DNA of 64,000 nucleotides from Phoronis australis (taxonomy: Eukaryota; Animalia; Phoronida). The stretch lies in assembly GCA_002633005.1 (NCBI GenBank), contig NMRA01000166.1:310001-374000 (forward strand), written 5' to 3'. Made by a program: the position numbers and the translations under genes. Positions within the stretch are counted from its first letter, which is position 1, and each line of letters begins with the position of its first letter. The notes beneath the pieces are model-generated. The model made no database searches and had not been told where the DNA came from. It was given only the letters and a program-made list of their open reading frames with translations. Positions 12,501 through 23,579 of the stretch are shown here, one piece after another.

Positions 12501-15500
12501 AAACACCTCTTACATTTGAAAATGCTTCGTGAACAAATTGATTATTAAAAAACTAAGCTTATCTACACCAGAAAAATTCAAAAAAGTGGAATGCAATTTG
12601 CTGGCCTCTTTATATACAAATAAATTAGTTTTCTGCTATAGTCATGATTTAGAGTGCAGTGACACACATAGTGAAGTTCATCTTCTACAGCATTGAGACC
12701 ATATAACAAAATAACCTATTTGCTGGTTCGACATTAGGGTACCTTCCGACCTTTATCTCCAATGGAAGAATACCTAATCTAAACTGAAAAAATAAAGCTT
12801 CAAGTTTCTTCTTACTCTAGAAAAACAAGAATGTACTAAATGGCTCTGTTTTGAAACTTTCCTTAAATGTCATGTCAATTGTTTTCTATTTTGGTTTTCA
12901 CCTAAAACCCTCCTTCCAATCTTCCTCATCAGTACTGAACAGAAAGACTTGGAAGCACAGACATTATTCAAATTGGTCAAATTGAAAGTATATTTTAGTT
13001 CAGTGGACCAGTTTTGTCCACAATGGTTTAAGTCCCATTCAAACTTTTTTCTAATCAGGCGATGGGAATCCAAGCTCATAAGTCTATTCTTGTAGGAAGC
13101 CATCCTAAATCCCCTCGCATGACAAGGATAGGCCTGAGGCGGTGATCCCCAAAAAATATCTGATTGTACAGGGAGTCAGCTCGTGGCAAAATTGGTTGCG
13201 TCAGCTCCCTCAAGTGAGGGAAACCTATTCAGAAATAGTTTCATTGCGGAAAAATTCAACTTGAAACTGCTTTGTTTTTGTGCATATCACATATGGTGTT
13301 GTCCTAATTGGTGCAGCTGTGCTGGTGTAGTGTAGGGGATTGGTGCAGCTTTGCTGGTGTAGTGGAGGTGATTGGTGCAGCTGTGCTGGTGTGGTGGAAG
13401 GGATTTGTGCAGTTGTGCTGGTATAGTGGAGTTGATTGGCGCCACTGGGCTGGTGTAGTGGAGTTGATTGGCGTCACTGGGCTGGTGTAGTGGAGTTGAT
13501 TGGCGCCGCTGGGCTGGTGTAGTGGAGTTGATTGGCGTTGCTGGGCTGGTGTAGTAGAGTTGATTGGTGCCGCTGGGCTGGTGTAGTGGAGGGATTGGTG
13601 CAGCTGGGCTGGTGTAGTGGAAGTGATTGCTCCAGCCGTGACAATAGTTTGATTTCATGGGCCTTTTGTTTGTGAACCAGCTGTTTGCCAGCATACTGTC
13701 TGAAGGAATTCATGCACAAATGATTGCTTGAATAAGTGGAAATCACGTCTTATCCAAGAATCTGCTTGAACTTGTTGCCACACCTTGCATGAAGGTCGTC
13801 TCGCATGCAAAACAGACTCTTCGAGGTTTACTAGTTTATTTCAATTCTTCTTTGTAACATGTTACCATGAACACTTTGGCAATGGCAACACCAGAAACAG
13901 TTTATAGCTTGAAGCTAATCCAGTCAGAGCATAACCATAAAAACTTGTTAATGTTTCAAACGAGGTGACACGAAAGGCACTCAACCCACCTCAACTTTAA
14001 AGCAATTGCACGGGTTCAGGGTAGACATAGTCATTTAAAAGTCACTTACATACAAATTATTACTCAGAGTGGCAATGCCGGCTTCAGCTACACATGTACC
14101 AGTGCTCTGAGTGAGGAAACAAGCCAATAGATGCCCTGCCATTTCATTGCTTTCCTTGTTAGTATTTTGCATTTTAAATTTATAATTATTAATCTCTTAG
14201 AAAATATCTTTGCATTTTTACAAAATATACTACCCACCATGGTTTTGTATAAATGTGTAGCTGAAGTTTCAGAGTGCTTGTAGCAAAAATCCATACATTA
14301 GGCAGTATCTTTGCTTCCAGACATGACTGGTATTGTTAATCACAAATACTTATTTGTCAGGAACCCATTCCTAGAAAACTGGCTTAGCTTAGACAAATTT
14401 TAAATTTCAGTCAAATTTAAGATAAAACTTAAATTTGACTCAAGAAAGAGATCTTATGTTTGATTTATAAGTTTGACTTCAGTTTTGTCTTAATTTTGAC
14501 TGTCTTACTAGATGTTGAAGTTTCAAAGTCTGGAAGTTGAGGTAAATCTTAGATTTAAGTAAAACTGAACTTAAGTCAGTTTCTTGGAACAGGCCCCAAG
14601 CTTGTAGAAGGTGGACATAGGGAGTTTTGCAGAAGATTTTGCTACACATAGTTGGTGATGTTAATCTATTATTTAAATGTTGCCATTTGTAGGTGAATGA
14701 AACGTTACGCACTCACAGTATCAAGCCTCATTGGGTGTTTGCCATTGACAATGTTTTAAGGGATGCTATTCAGACTGCTTTGATTATGATTGCACCAGGT
14801 AAGGAATCAATAGGACATTGGAAAGTTGAACACTTGTTAAACAACAATCATGGTACAATGTTCTGTCACACAGGGTTCAGTGTTTTTACACTTAACACTT
14901 TTGTTCCGTATTGACATGTTGTCATAGAGCCACTAATGTCCGATGGCTAAAAAATCTGGTCAGTGAGTTGATATTTTACATTGACAAGGAATTGTCGTAA
15001 TCTGTTACAACTCTCCCTTTACTGATCATCAGGGTTGTGGTCACTGGTTTATGACTAACCAAATTACCTGCTTCAAGCAAGACCTGGTGCCCGGTCCATA
15101 GGTGCAATACTCTTGCGAAAATGCTAGATGACGCAGATCTTGGCAAAATATTGCTTTAGTGGATACCAAGCTCAGCCCTGATGAGATATCCTGTAATGAT
15201 TAGAACACAATTGTCAAGGAGACCATAGACAGGCTGTTAGTAGATTGCTTCAACTTTACTACTGGGCAGCCTGTTAGTCATGGATCACTGTACACAATGC
15301 ATAGACTCAACTTTACTACTGGGCAGCCTGTTAGTCATAGGTCACTGTACACAATGCATAGACTCAACTTTACTACTGGGCAGCCTGTTAGTCATAGGTC
15401 ACTGCACACAATGCATAGACTCAACTTTACTACTGGGCAGCCTGTTAGTCATGGATCACTGTACACAATGCATAGACTCAACTTTACTACTGGGCAGCCT

Positions 15501-18500
15501 GTTAGTCATAGGTCACTGCACACAATGCATAGACTCTGTAATGTTAGCGACAGGAAGATAATGTTCACATGCATTCTGAATTGTGCTTGACTTGGGATTT
15601 ATTGTGTTGGTTGACTTAGGTCTTAGCTGGTTATAAAATCTTAGAATGGATGTTTTAGTTAGGTTGGAAGCAGTGATGTCCTTGGTACATTGTAAGTTTC
15701 TCCCAAAAATGATTTTCAGCAGAAATCATAAAATTGATGCCACAGGTAATTTCATTAATTTTTTATACTTATTTTTTCATAGTTCCACTAATAACTTGAC
15801 AAGTCTCTCTTGCAAGTGATGTGCCGTCTCACCTGTGCAACCTATGTCCTGGTTACTGGAGATTTTCTTATTATTTTTTGTATTTTAAATTTTAAGTAAA
15901 TACTTCTTAATTAACCTCATTTCATTGTGATCATTGAGATCATTTTCATCTTTTGTGGTTTCTATACCGGTCTGTATATCATAACTTAATTATTACTGTC
16001 TACCATCATGTTTTCATTGCTCAGTGGATATTGTTTTCCTAATTGTATTAAATGCATAAATTAAATAATCATGATTTCTGTACTTTCTCTTTCTCTGTCC
16101 ACCCCCAGGGAATGGTGAGGGACTTGCTGAAGAGGAGGGGTCCACATCAGGTGTGTCAACATTCAACTCTATGAAGTCCCACCCGTCCAGAGACATTTTA
16201 CAAGACACCCAGTCAACAGCACTGTACACAGAGATGAAAGCTATGAAGGAGGAGGGCAATAGGTGAAGCCTTGGACATAGTTTCATTCATGCTAGATTCT
16301 CGCCAATTTGGGACAAAATAATTGCCAAACATTTTCATGTTTTATTTTCTTTAATCAAAGACTTTTAAAATATTATTGTGAGTGCCACATGTTTCCCAAA
16401 ACATTGTTTGATGGTGGCTGTCTTGCTACTTTAAAAATCATTATGGTAAAATAAAACTTCCACTTGTCTGCTATATTTTGTCCTAAATTGGTGAGATTTT
16501 ACCTAGAAAAGCCAACTAGCTCTACATCAAAATACAGCAGGGATCCGATGTTTGTTAACCTTGCATAGACCTCGAAATTTCACACTGCCTCATGACTTCG
16601 TCATGAAACTCATATCAACGTGCAGAGCTAACAATGGTCAAGGGGGTTTATGCAAAATTTGGAAGTCAACTGACACTCACCTTGCCCATTACAGTGGTTT
16701 AAGTGAAAAACATTCTTAGCAATTGTCTTTTTCTCAGGCCATTATCCAGCTTTTGCTACAAAGGAAAGACTGTTATCTACTCGAAAAACAGTACACATGT
16801 GGCATGCGCGCACCATTTGCTAATTTGTTTGTGACATTTTAATCGATGATGAATACTGAATCCATTTACTAGCATGGTAAGTGATCTGATGTAGTTAGTG
16901 ATTATTACATTTTTTCTGCTTATTTTATGTTTAAAGTTGTTTAAAAGCATGGCAGTGATGTCATTACTAACTCGATGCAGACTCAGTTGAGCCTGCAATA
17001 CACACATCTATCTTGCAGTGCACAGGTATTATACAGCAAATAAGGTTATCTAATGCAGCTATGTAACCAGACTGACTATATATAATCTTTTGGCAAAATT
17101 TAAAATGAAGCAATTTTAATTTTAACTTCTTAACAAGAGATCATGAAAAGGTCCAATACAGTCACGGTGCAAGCCAATGGTTACAATTTATTAACATGTG
17201 ACAATATTGATGCACCAGGGGAACAGAGCTCGTCTGCGGAATACGTGTAAGCTGGTCGTTCATCACACTTGGTGTTTAGCAGGTATCTAACAGACTCCAT
17301 GGTCTTCAATGCTGACTCTGTTCCCCTGGTGCCCTACCATTTTGTCTTGTATTTCAATTATTGACTCTCTCCTTATGTTTCTTTTTTTGTTAAATTTGAC
17401 GAGTCTTCTGCACGGTACGCACAAAGTATTACCTCATCAAATGTAAATTGCCTTCTTGGTGAAGGTGAGGCACGATGAATTTCGAAATGTAGCCATCATA
17501 CTTTGTTGTGTATCTGTTCACTGGATGATTGAGGTATATATTGCTAACTTGAGGAAGTCTGGATCAAGCTTTAAGCATTTTGCACATAACAGAGGCTGCA
17601 GAGTTGTCAATTGCCATGCTTTGCTCTTGTTATTTGCTTGGTTTGATAAAAATTACATTTTAAAGAGGCTGTCTTATATCTTTTTGCACAGGCTTTTGAC
17701 GGAGTTAGTCGAGGTCCAGCGACGTTATAACGAGGCGTTGTTGATGATGATTAGTGAAAAGAAGAAACACATCTCAGCCATGCAATCTGTCATGGCTGAC
17801 ATTTCTGTTGAGGACATTGTAAAGACGCCCAAAAGTAGGTCATAGTCTGATGCCTATATAAAGCACAAGACAATGTAACAGTTAACTGTTGATGGTAGTG
17901 GGTTAACCTTGGTGGAGAAAATCTCAAGCTTTTGAAGTCTAGTCAGTTTACTTATTTTGCTATTGTTTTAATTTTGATTCTGTTCGAGTGAGACTCATTT
18001 TGGTTTAAGGTATTTGTTTGCAAGGGTGTTCAGGCAATGAAGCTCTCAGCGTATGTGTTTCATTATTTATGCAAATAATAAAAATGTTGGTCATAAGATG
18101 TGACCAACAGTTGGCCTGAAATTTATTTGCCCTTTTAGTTCTGATCACTTGTCAGTTCTGTCAACTGCTGTAGTGAAGCAGAATACAACATTGTGCAAGA
18201 GATCATGTTGAAATAAACCCTAGACCTCTGTGTGTTGTTTAGTTGTAGAGAGAGGTGAGCCTGACTTCGACTTGCTGGAGTGGCTACATAACTTGAGTAT
18301 TGATGATGAGAGTATTGATAAGGTGAGATGGTTATTGAGAGCTTGTCGTCAACAACCTACTGTGGATGGCTGATGCTTTGAATTGTAGTGTAGCGAAATG
18401 TCCTAAGGGCCAGCTTGCATGTACCTTGCCCAGAGCTCGCCCATGACTGGTGTCAATAAAATTCTAGATTTAATGCATTGGATAAGGCCATACTGATTTT

Positions 18501-19364
18501 ATCTTATTGAAAACTTCTGTCAGCAGTATAAATTTGTTGCACAAAAGTTATACTAACATCAAGACTTAGGTGTGGCACATAATGTTATTTTATTTCTGTT
18601 GCAGTTTGTGCTTGAGAATTACACCTTGCAGGATGTTAAGAATTATGTAACCAAAGATGATCTGCGGAGGCTGAACTTAAAGTGAGTCTTTGTTTGCCTC
18701 ATTACTTTTTGTTCCTTTGTCCTTTGTCCACATGCTACTGTATGCATTTCTTGTTCGACCAACATGATATTCCTACACGATGTGTGTGTGCGTGCGTGCG
18801 TGTGTGTCCAACATTTTAAAATTTTTTCTTTGCGGTCCTTTGAACGTTGGAAATTTGGAAAATCTCTAGAACTGATAGGTCTGGTCAAAGGCTATCAGTG
18901 GTATGCCATCATTTTTTGTTTCAACTCACTGTTCTTGACAGCTCTTTTACTTGTCTGACTGATTATTCACTATAATATACAAATTAAATGTACCTTGTGA
19001 TTTGAAAACAAAAAGTCAAGGAGTTCTTGCTGATAAATTGATGATCACGATATCGTTGTGCATACTAAGTAACTTGGACTGTAATGTGCGTAACCTCAAC
19101 TGGACCAGCAACAAGCTGTAACAAGATGAATGTTTTCATTGTATTTTCAAAACTAGGTCCAGCTTGGGAAGTGGATGAAGTGCAAAAATTAAATATTGTT
19201 TAAAGCCGGAGCTAAATGTGGTATTGATTAGTTTTGGTTAATTACTAATAATTATGCTATTACTGCGTCTTGATGTTACTGTTGCTGCTGTTGTTTGTTG
19301 CAGAGGTGGGACACTGTGCAGAATATGGCATGCCATCATGGAGCACCGCAGCTCTGGAAGCTAA
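569..19364 (+). CDS. MAP3K15: ASK-family MAP kinase kinase kinase (MAP3K5/MAP3K15-like), 3' part of a spliced gene; 5' exons lie upstream of the window
   Basis: GT-AG exons in consistent phase: 569-738 (or -744), 2562-2644, 4457-4538, 9722-9923, 10615-10680, 11216-11294, 12247-12326, 14693-14798, 16109-16262, 17692-17834, 18243-18322, 18605-18681, 19304-19364 (TAA). Peptides match ASK1 as recalled: [16 protein letters not shown]...[20 protein letters not shown] (kinase C-lobe), DYIRSVSMP (14-3-3 site), [35 protein letters not shown], and the SAM domain LLEWL...[32 protein letters not shown]. The MAP3K5 versus MAP3K15 name cannot be resolved from sequence alone. Confidence 0.93.
1090..1880 (-). 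mobile_element. Degenerate non-LTR retrotransposon (CR1/L2-group LINE) ORF2 3' end
   Basis: Minus-strand ORFs 1383-1859 ([10 protein letters not shown]...NWASSV...KLNYYKNFK...ENYL) and 1114-1320 (CTLC...[10 protein letters not shown]...R), the C-terminal zinc-binding motif typical of these LINEs; interrupted by stops and frameshifts. Confidence 0.8.
2458..2580 (+). repeat. 41-bp tandem triplication spanning a splice acceptor
   Basis: Unit ATAGTCATTCATTTGTTTACAG-N-GGTAGAAAGAAGCATAAA x3, with AG at 2478-79, 2519-20 and 2560-61. Confidence 0.95.
2870..3200 (+). mobile_element. Old fragment related to the HINE-like monomer
   Basis: GCTGTGACCCCCAGTGGCAGTTTTAG and TGTGCCACATTGTGGCCAT resemble the monomer cores. 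Confidence 0.4.
4818..5157. mobile_element. Possible MITE
   Basis: Imperfect inverted ends AGGCCCAAAAGCATAT...ATATTTTTTGGCCT; a similar AGGCCA...TGACCT bounded segment occurs at about 50378-50595. Confidence 0.35.
5811..5831 (+). CDS. Candidate 21-nt microexon of the ASK-family gene
   Basis: Strong pyrimidine tract ccttttcctttcag, then CTCTGGACCTGCCACGGCTGG, then a weak donor gtacat. Length is a multiple of 3 and open in phase 2 (SSGPATAG). TGCATG lies 29 nt downstream. Confidence 0.45.
7680..7748 (+). CDS. Candidate 69-nt cassette exon of the ASK-family gene
   Basis: ttttag acceptor and gtatga donor; phase 2-2, matching the flanking exons. Encodes [22 protein letters not shown], Ser/Pro-rich like the neighbouring linker exon. 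Confidence 0.5.
8661..8900. mobile_element. MITE with TA target duplication
   Basis: TA-CGGTAAAAAT...ATTTTTACCG-TA terminal inverted repeats. Confidence 0.65.
8988..9400 (+). mobile_element. Short HINE-like copy (about 2 monomers) in an ASK-gene intron
   Basis: Degenerate 5' hairpin, GGCTGTATCTCCTAAACC, GTGCCCCCTATTGGCAAT, and the 3' end TTTCAACGCTTTGCGTTGCTCTTGTT. Confidence 0.7.
9940..10170 (+). repeat. 28-bp purine/G-rich minisatellite
   Basis: Unit AGGGCAGGGGATAGAGGGAAGGTGGCGG, about 6 good copies, then decaying. Confidence 0.9.
10218..10464. mobile_element. MITE family, copy 1 of 3 (others at about 10962-11147 and 16293-16503)
   Basis: Inverted ends AGAATCTCACCAATTT...AAATTGGTGACAATTT and a shared internal AAAATTTCACTTGTC motif, or a close variant, in all three copies. 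Confidence 0.6.
11539..11683 (+). mobile_element. GC-rich short interspersed MITE-like element
   Basis: Ends CAGTGGCGG...GGATCCGCCCCTG; homologous to 22978-23146 (reverse) and 23173-23280 (forward). Confidence 0.65.
12430..13170 (-). mobile_element. Second degenerate CR1/L2-group LINE 3' fragment
   Basis: Minus strand reads [19 protein letters not shown]...NWSTELK, and further 3' [10 protein letters not shown] and C...[12 protein letters not shown], the same C-terminal motif family. Confidence 0.7.
13306..13632 (+). repeat. About 32-bp GT-rich minisatellite
   Basis: Unit GATTGGCGCCGCTGGGCTGGTGTAGTGGAGTT, about 10 copies. Confidence 0.9.
15251..15537 (+). repeat. 57-bp minisatellite, 5 copies
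   Basis: Unit CAACTTTACTACTGGGCAGCCTGTTAGTCATRGRTCACTGYACACAATGCATAGACT. Confidence 0.95.
16293..16503. mobile_element. MITE family copy related to 10218-10464
   Basis: TAGATTCTCGCCAATTT...AAATTGGTGAGATTTTA ends and a similar interior. Confidence 0.6.
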
Positions 19365-21351
19365 TTTGGACACCAACAGAGTTTTGTACACTTGTTATAT
19401 GTTATAGGATATAGATCCTCACTCTAGTTTATTTATTGAAGTTATGTACATAGTTTTGCACTTGTATAGATCAGGCTTGCTAGTCTTTTTAAGAAGCCTT
19501 AAATCCAAATGTCATCTGCTATAAGTCATTTGTATACAACATCTCTGGGTTTTAAACTGGCAATTGGACACTCAAAGTCAGGTTGTGCACAAAAGAGTTT
19601 TCTAGTTTAACTCTCAGATAAATGGAATCTGCAGGGGGTGACATCACAAATTCTTAGTTTTGAAATTGAATGAATTAATGGAGTGTTCTGGACAGGTATT
19701 CTTGAATATTATCATGTTCCATAAAGCAGGCATAATTTTCAGTTGTTTTCATATTTAGTGTTTGGAGATTAAAGCTTTGTAAATTGTGAATTAATAGGCT
19801 GAATTATGAGTAAATTCCTTGGTGAATATGAATAATGACTAAATTAATTTATTGATAATTGTTTTGTATCTTTATACTGCATCACCTGGTGACCATATTT
19901 GGCGGCCTCGAAGTCCAACAAGGTTTCATGAAGGACGACCTAGGATATCCTTAAGCCAGAAATGGATGACCCAATCATATTGTGAAATTAATATAATGTC
20001 CTAAATTTTGCTCAGTGTGAACAGGTCATGGGCTGGAGGTGATTTATTATTTCTGTGTAATAGAAAGAAAAGTACCACAGTGCTCCTGGGAAACTTGTCA
20101 TTTGACAGTTCGTACATGTGCTACACAACATCTCACAAGTATCTAATGTGCAAGTGACAACTTAAGTGGCTCATTGGAAGGTCCAAGTTATGGGGGACAC
20201 AAACAGCGCCCTCTAGTTGCCACCACCATTGCCATTCCTTGGTTCCTGACTGCCCAGTGCCCCATCCTAACAAATTTTGGCTGCTTTCTGGACACCCTCT
20301 ATTTTGTTCTTCATTGCACCACTTGCCCTACCCTGGACTTCTGTTTGAGGCATTATTTATTACATTTTTGTGAATTTCTCCATGTCTAACCCCCAGCTTC
20401 TATAAGAGACTAATGGATGCAACTTCTGCATGCAGCATTTGGGTAATAGCGTCTTTTATTTGGTTCCATAAACTTTTCTTGTCTGCAGCTGTGGGCGTGG
20501 TACTTTTTAAATGTAGGAGTCAACAGGTGTGTTTCCATGCGTAGACCAATATGATACTTTTCATGTTTAGATGAAATTACTTTGGATTGAGCATAATGTG
20601 TGTCTTGTGGGACTTGTGTCATAATAAGGTGACTTAAGACTTTAGTCAGGAACGTTTTGTTTTCGGACTGAAGCATTTCTGAAAAATATTTAAGTCTCAC
20701 CCAAAATATGAAGCCTCTGAGAATATACTTATAGCTGCTCAGTTACTGAGATAATTAAGGTAATTTATTTCTAGGCATGTAATTACATGGTCAAACCTTT
20801 ATTTGGTGATTGGGGGGTGGGAACCATAAGGTTGGCACAAATTTCTGACGAGATTCAATTCACATTTATCGTGAAACAGTCCCCAGTAGATAAAAGTTGC
20901 AAGAAAAATAGTATTTTTAGTTCCATTGTTGATTGTGTTAGTATTTTGCTGATGTTTAGAGATTCCTTGTAAAGTTGATGCATTTATTCCAAGCCTCACT
21001 GTATATTGTTTCCTGGCAGTGGGCCAGAGTGACGATTCCACTTAGTGGTAAATACACTTTGGGATCCGACTGATGGAATTTGTGATGATGATATTGATGG
21101 GAAGACTATGAGATTCTGTGTACAATGTTATGTTCTGACAGGAACGGTCATGTTGTCGTAGTGACGACAGGAGTGTGCTTATTTTGTTACAAAGACAAGA
21201 ATAGTTTTACCTGTTAGGAGTTACCAGTCCCTTAGTTTGTGCCATTCGAGATACAATTGTGTTAATGAAGACCAGCCTTGTTTTTGTTTGATGGTGTTAC
21301 TGTGTCGAATCCATTCGTTGTAACTTAACTGTCACAGTGTTACATGCCAAA

Positions 21352-21357
21352 AATAAA
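21352..21357 (+). terminator. Probable polyadenylation signal of the ASK-family gene (3' UTR about 2 kb)
   Basis: AATAAA followed by GT/T-rich sequence (ttgtttagcctgttttgtatt), just before the CpG-richer intergenic region. Confidence 0.5.
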
Positions 21358-21599
21358 AAGTGATTTAAAATTGTTTAGCCTGTTTTGTATTTCAATGCAA
21401 CCCAACAAAAGTTTGTTTGGGCCAACGATAATTTTTGGACCTGCTTGGAATGCTGTATCAAATGTGTCCCTTAAAGATGTATGTGCATGCTCCTAACTGC
21501 TTAAAGGACTATGCTAAACAAGCACCAGTTGTATTGATTGACAATTTGTAAATGTGGCCAACAAACAAATCTGCAAATAGGTGACCTTTGCACTAATGA

Positions 21600-23579
21600 C
21601 GTACCTCGCGGGCTCATATAGCCCGCATCATGCAATGTTATTCCTCAACACCACGTCACGATACTTACTGGACACTGTTGAGTGATTTACGGCGGATCAT
21701 TTTCAACACATAACTCGTTTTTAAAAACATTTGGCAATTTTCAACGTACTTCATATTCACATCGTCGCTATGTACGTATTCTGTTTCTTTCTAATTTTGC
21801 CAAGCAATCACACAGATAATTTCCACTTAAGACTGATCTCAAAAGCACAGACTTTGTAAGGCCATATAGTGTACAAGATCTCTGCGAGGCGTGATGCGGC
21901 AGCACTTCGTTAAAGTTTTAATTCAATAGTGCAAAATTCGCCGGAAAATTTTGTTATCTTACAAAAAGTTTTTAAACTGAGCCGGGGCAATTATAAGACC
22001 ACTTAGTATTGTTACACAATTGTTCCTTGCTCAAATAACGATTGATTTTTGGGTAATTCTGACCTGAAAAAGAACAGACAGGTCTTTATTGAGCCTGGAC
22101 CGAGGCCCATTTAGTTCTTTCAGTCGTCGCTAAGGCAGTAATGGGACCGTCAGAGCAATTTCGCGACATTCATTTCGACGAATTTAAGGCAGTTTCCGCA
22201 ATCAGAAAAACGCAACCATAAACAGTTAAAAGACTTTTGGAAACTGAGTGGCGGTACGAGGGAAGTGGTGCGGTCGTCCGAGGAAATGAGATCACAGAAA
22301 TAGTTTTATAAAGGTATGTTTGAGAGCGACTGCAAGTGCACTGCCTGAGTTTCAACTCTGATATAAGTATAGAGATGTAATATTTTGTCACGCAGATATA
22401 ATGCTTTCTGGGCTTAACTCTTATTATTGTTCATGGTATTTTTCGTTGTAAACAATAGAAAAATGACGCACATCATCGTAACTGTTGTTTCTTTTTTGCA
22501 ATAGTTGACCCAAGGCTCTGTCGGCCCGGCCTTTTTGGCCTTTTTGGCCTTTTACCCTACTCGTGACACTGTTGCTCCCGTGGAAAGAGGCAAAAGGTGC
22601 CACAGAGTGATTGAAAATGTGGAAAACAGACAACAGAATAGTTTTCCCTGGAAACTAACTTCAAGAGCGCACATTTCATGCGCGCGCACCCAGCCTAAAG
22701 CACAGGAATACTCGAATTTTTCGGTGTGTAGACGTTTTAGTGAAAGAAATCAACGACTGAGGACTGAAAGGTTCAGTCAGGCCCACGACTGAATTGTGCA
22801 TCCGGCCGACTTCCCGTGGGATTTTGTGGACTTGTGGCGTTTACTCGGACTTTTTTGTTTCACTGAGGTGGACCTTTTTGCCCAATTTGCAAATTGGGGG
22901 GCTGGTTTGAGCCCCCTCCCTAGGTGCACCCAGCCGGGCCGGGGCACGTTGCGAGTAGCCAGTCACACGGGATGGCTCAGGGACGGATCCAGGGTTTTGA
23001 GTGGGGGGGGACAGGGCAGAGTATTAGCCAGGATCTTGCCTGTCAGACTGGACATTGCGGCACTTCCATGATGCCAAATATGGAACCTGGGAGAATTTTA
23101 GGAAGGGGGGACATAGCCCTCTTGGCCCCCATCAAGTCCGCTGCTGAGCCCGGTCATGAACAATTTAAAAGTCAGTGGCGGATTTGGCCGGGGGGGGGGA
23201 GGGGGCCATGGCCCCCCTAAAATTCTCCCAGATACCATTTTTTGGCAGTTCGGGGTGCGAATTTGCTGACTCCGGCAGTTTGCACGCACCCAGGGGCCTC
23301 GAAGGCGACTTTGAATGCATAGGTCTTGAACAAACCCCATTTACCTTTTTTGGTACTAAGGTCCACAAACCCAAAAATTCGAGACCCCTGCATCCCTACA
23401 ACTTAGCAATCTGGCGTCCGTTTCGGACCGTGCTAGTGAAGTTCACCGACGCGTGCGTCGTGGGCCGGTGGATGAAATTGAGGTCATGTACGTTTACAAA
23501 TTTTAGCACAGGATCGCCCGCCACCTGGTGACAGGCATCTCAAAGTAGGTCAACATGGCAGCCATGGCGCTAAACTCGT
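21600..23579 (+). promoter_or_regulatory. CpG-richer NUP205 promoter region
   Basis: CpG dinucleotides look more frequent than in the gene bodies (not counted), continuing into intron 1. NRF1-like TGCGCGCGCA at about 22680, CTCF-like CCCGCCACCTGGTGACA at 23517-23533, and YY1-like CAACATGGC overlapping the start codon. Confidence 0.5.
22978..23280. mobile_element. Two adjacent, oppositely oriented copies of the GC-rich MITE-like element
   Basis: 22978-23146 is a reverse-complement homologue of 11539-11683; 23173 onward repeats CAGTGGCGG...GGGGGCCATGG...ATTCTCCCAGAT...GGCAGTTCGGGGTGCGAAT. Confidence 0.6.

Noticed and set aside
13287-13746. Pro/Thr/Gln-rich minus-strand ORFs
   Set aside because: They derive from the 32-bp minisatellite, whose period is not a multiple of 3.
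15280-15590. ORFs with repeated HCTQC (CxxC) motifs
   Set aside because: Translation artefact of an intronic 57-bp minisatellite; no splice or start context.
22505-23531. Cluster of 70-118 aa ORFs between the genes
   Set aside because: Explained by GC-rich MITE and promoter sequence; no recognisable domain or exon chain.
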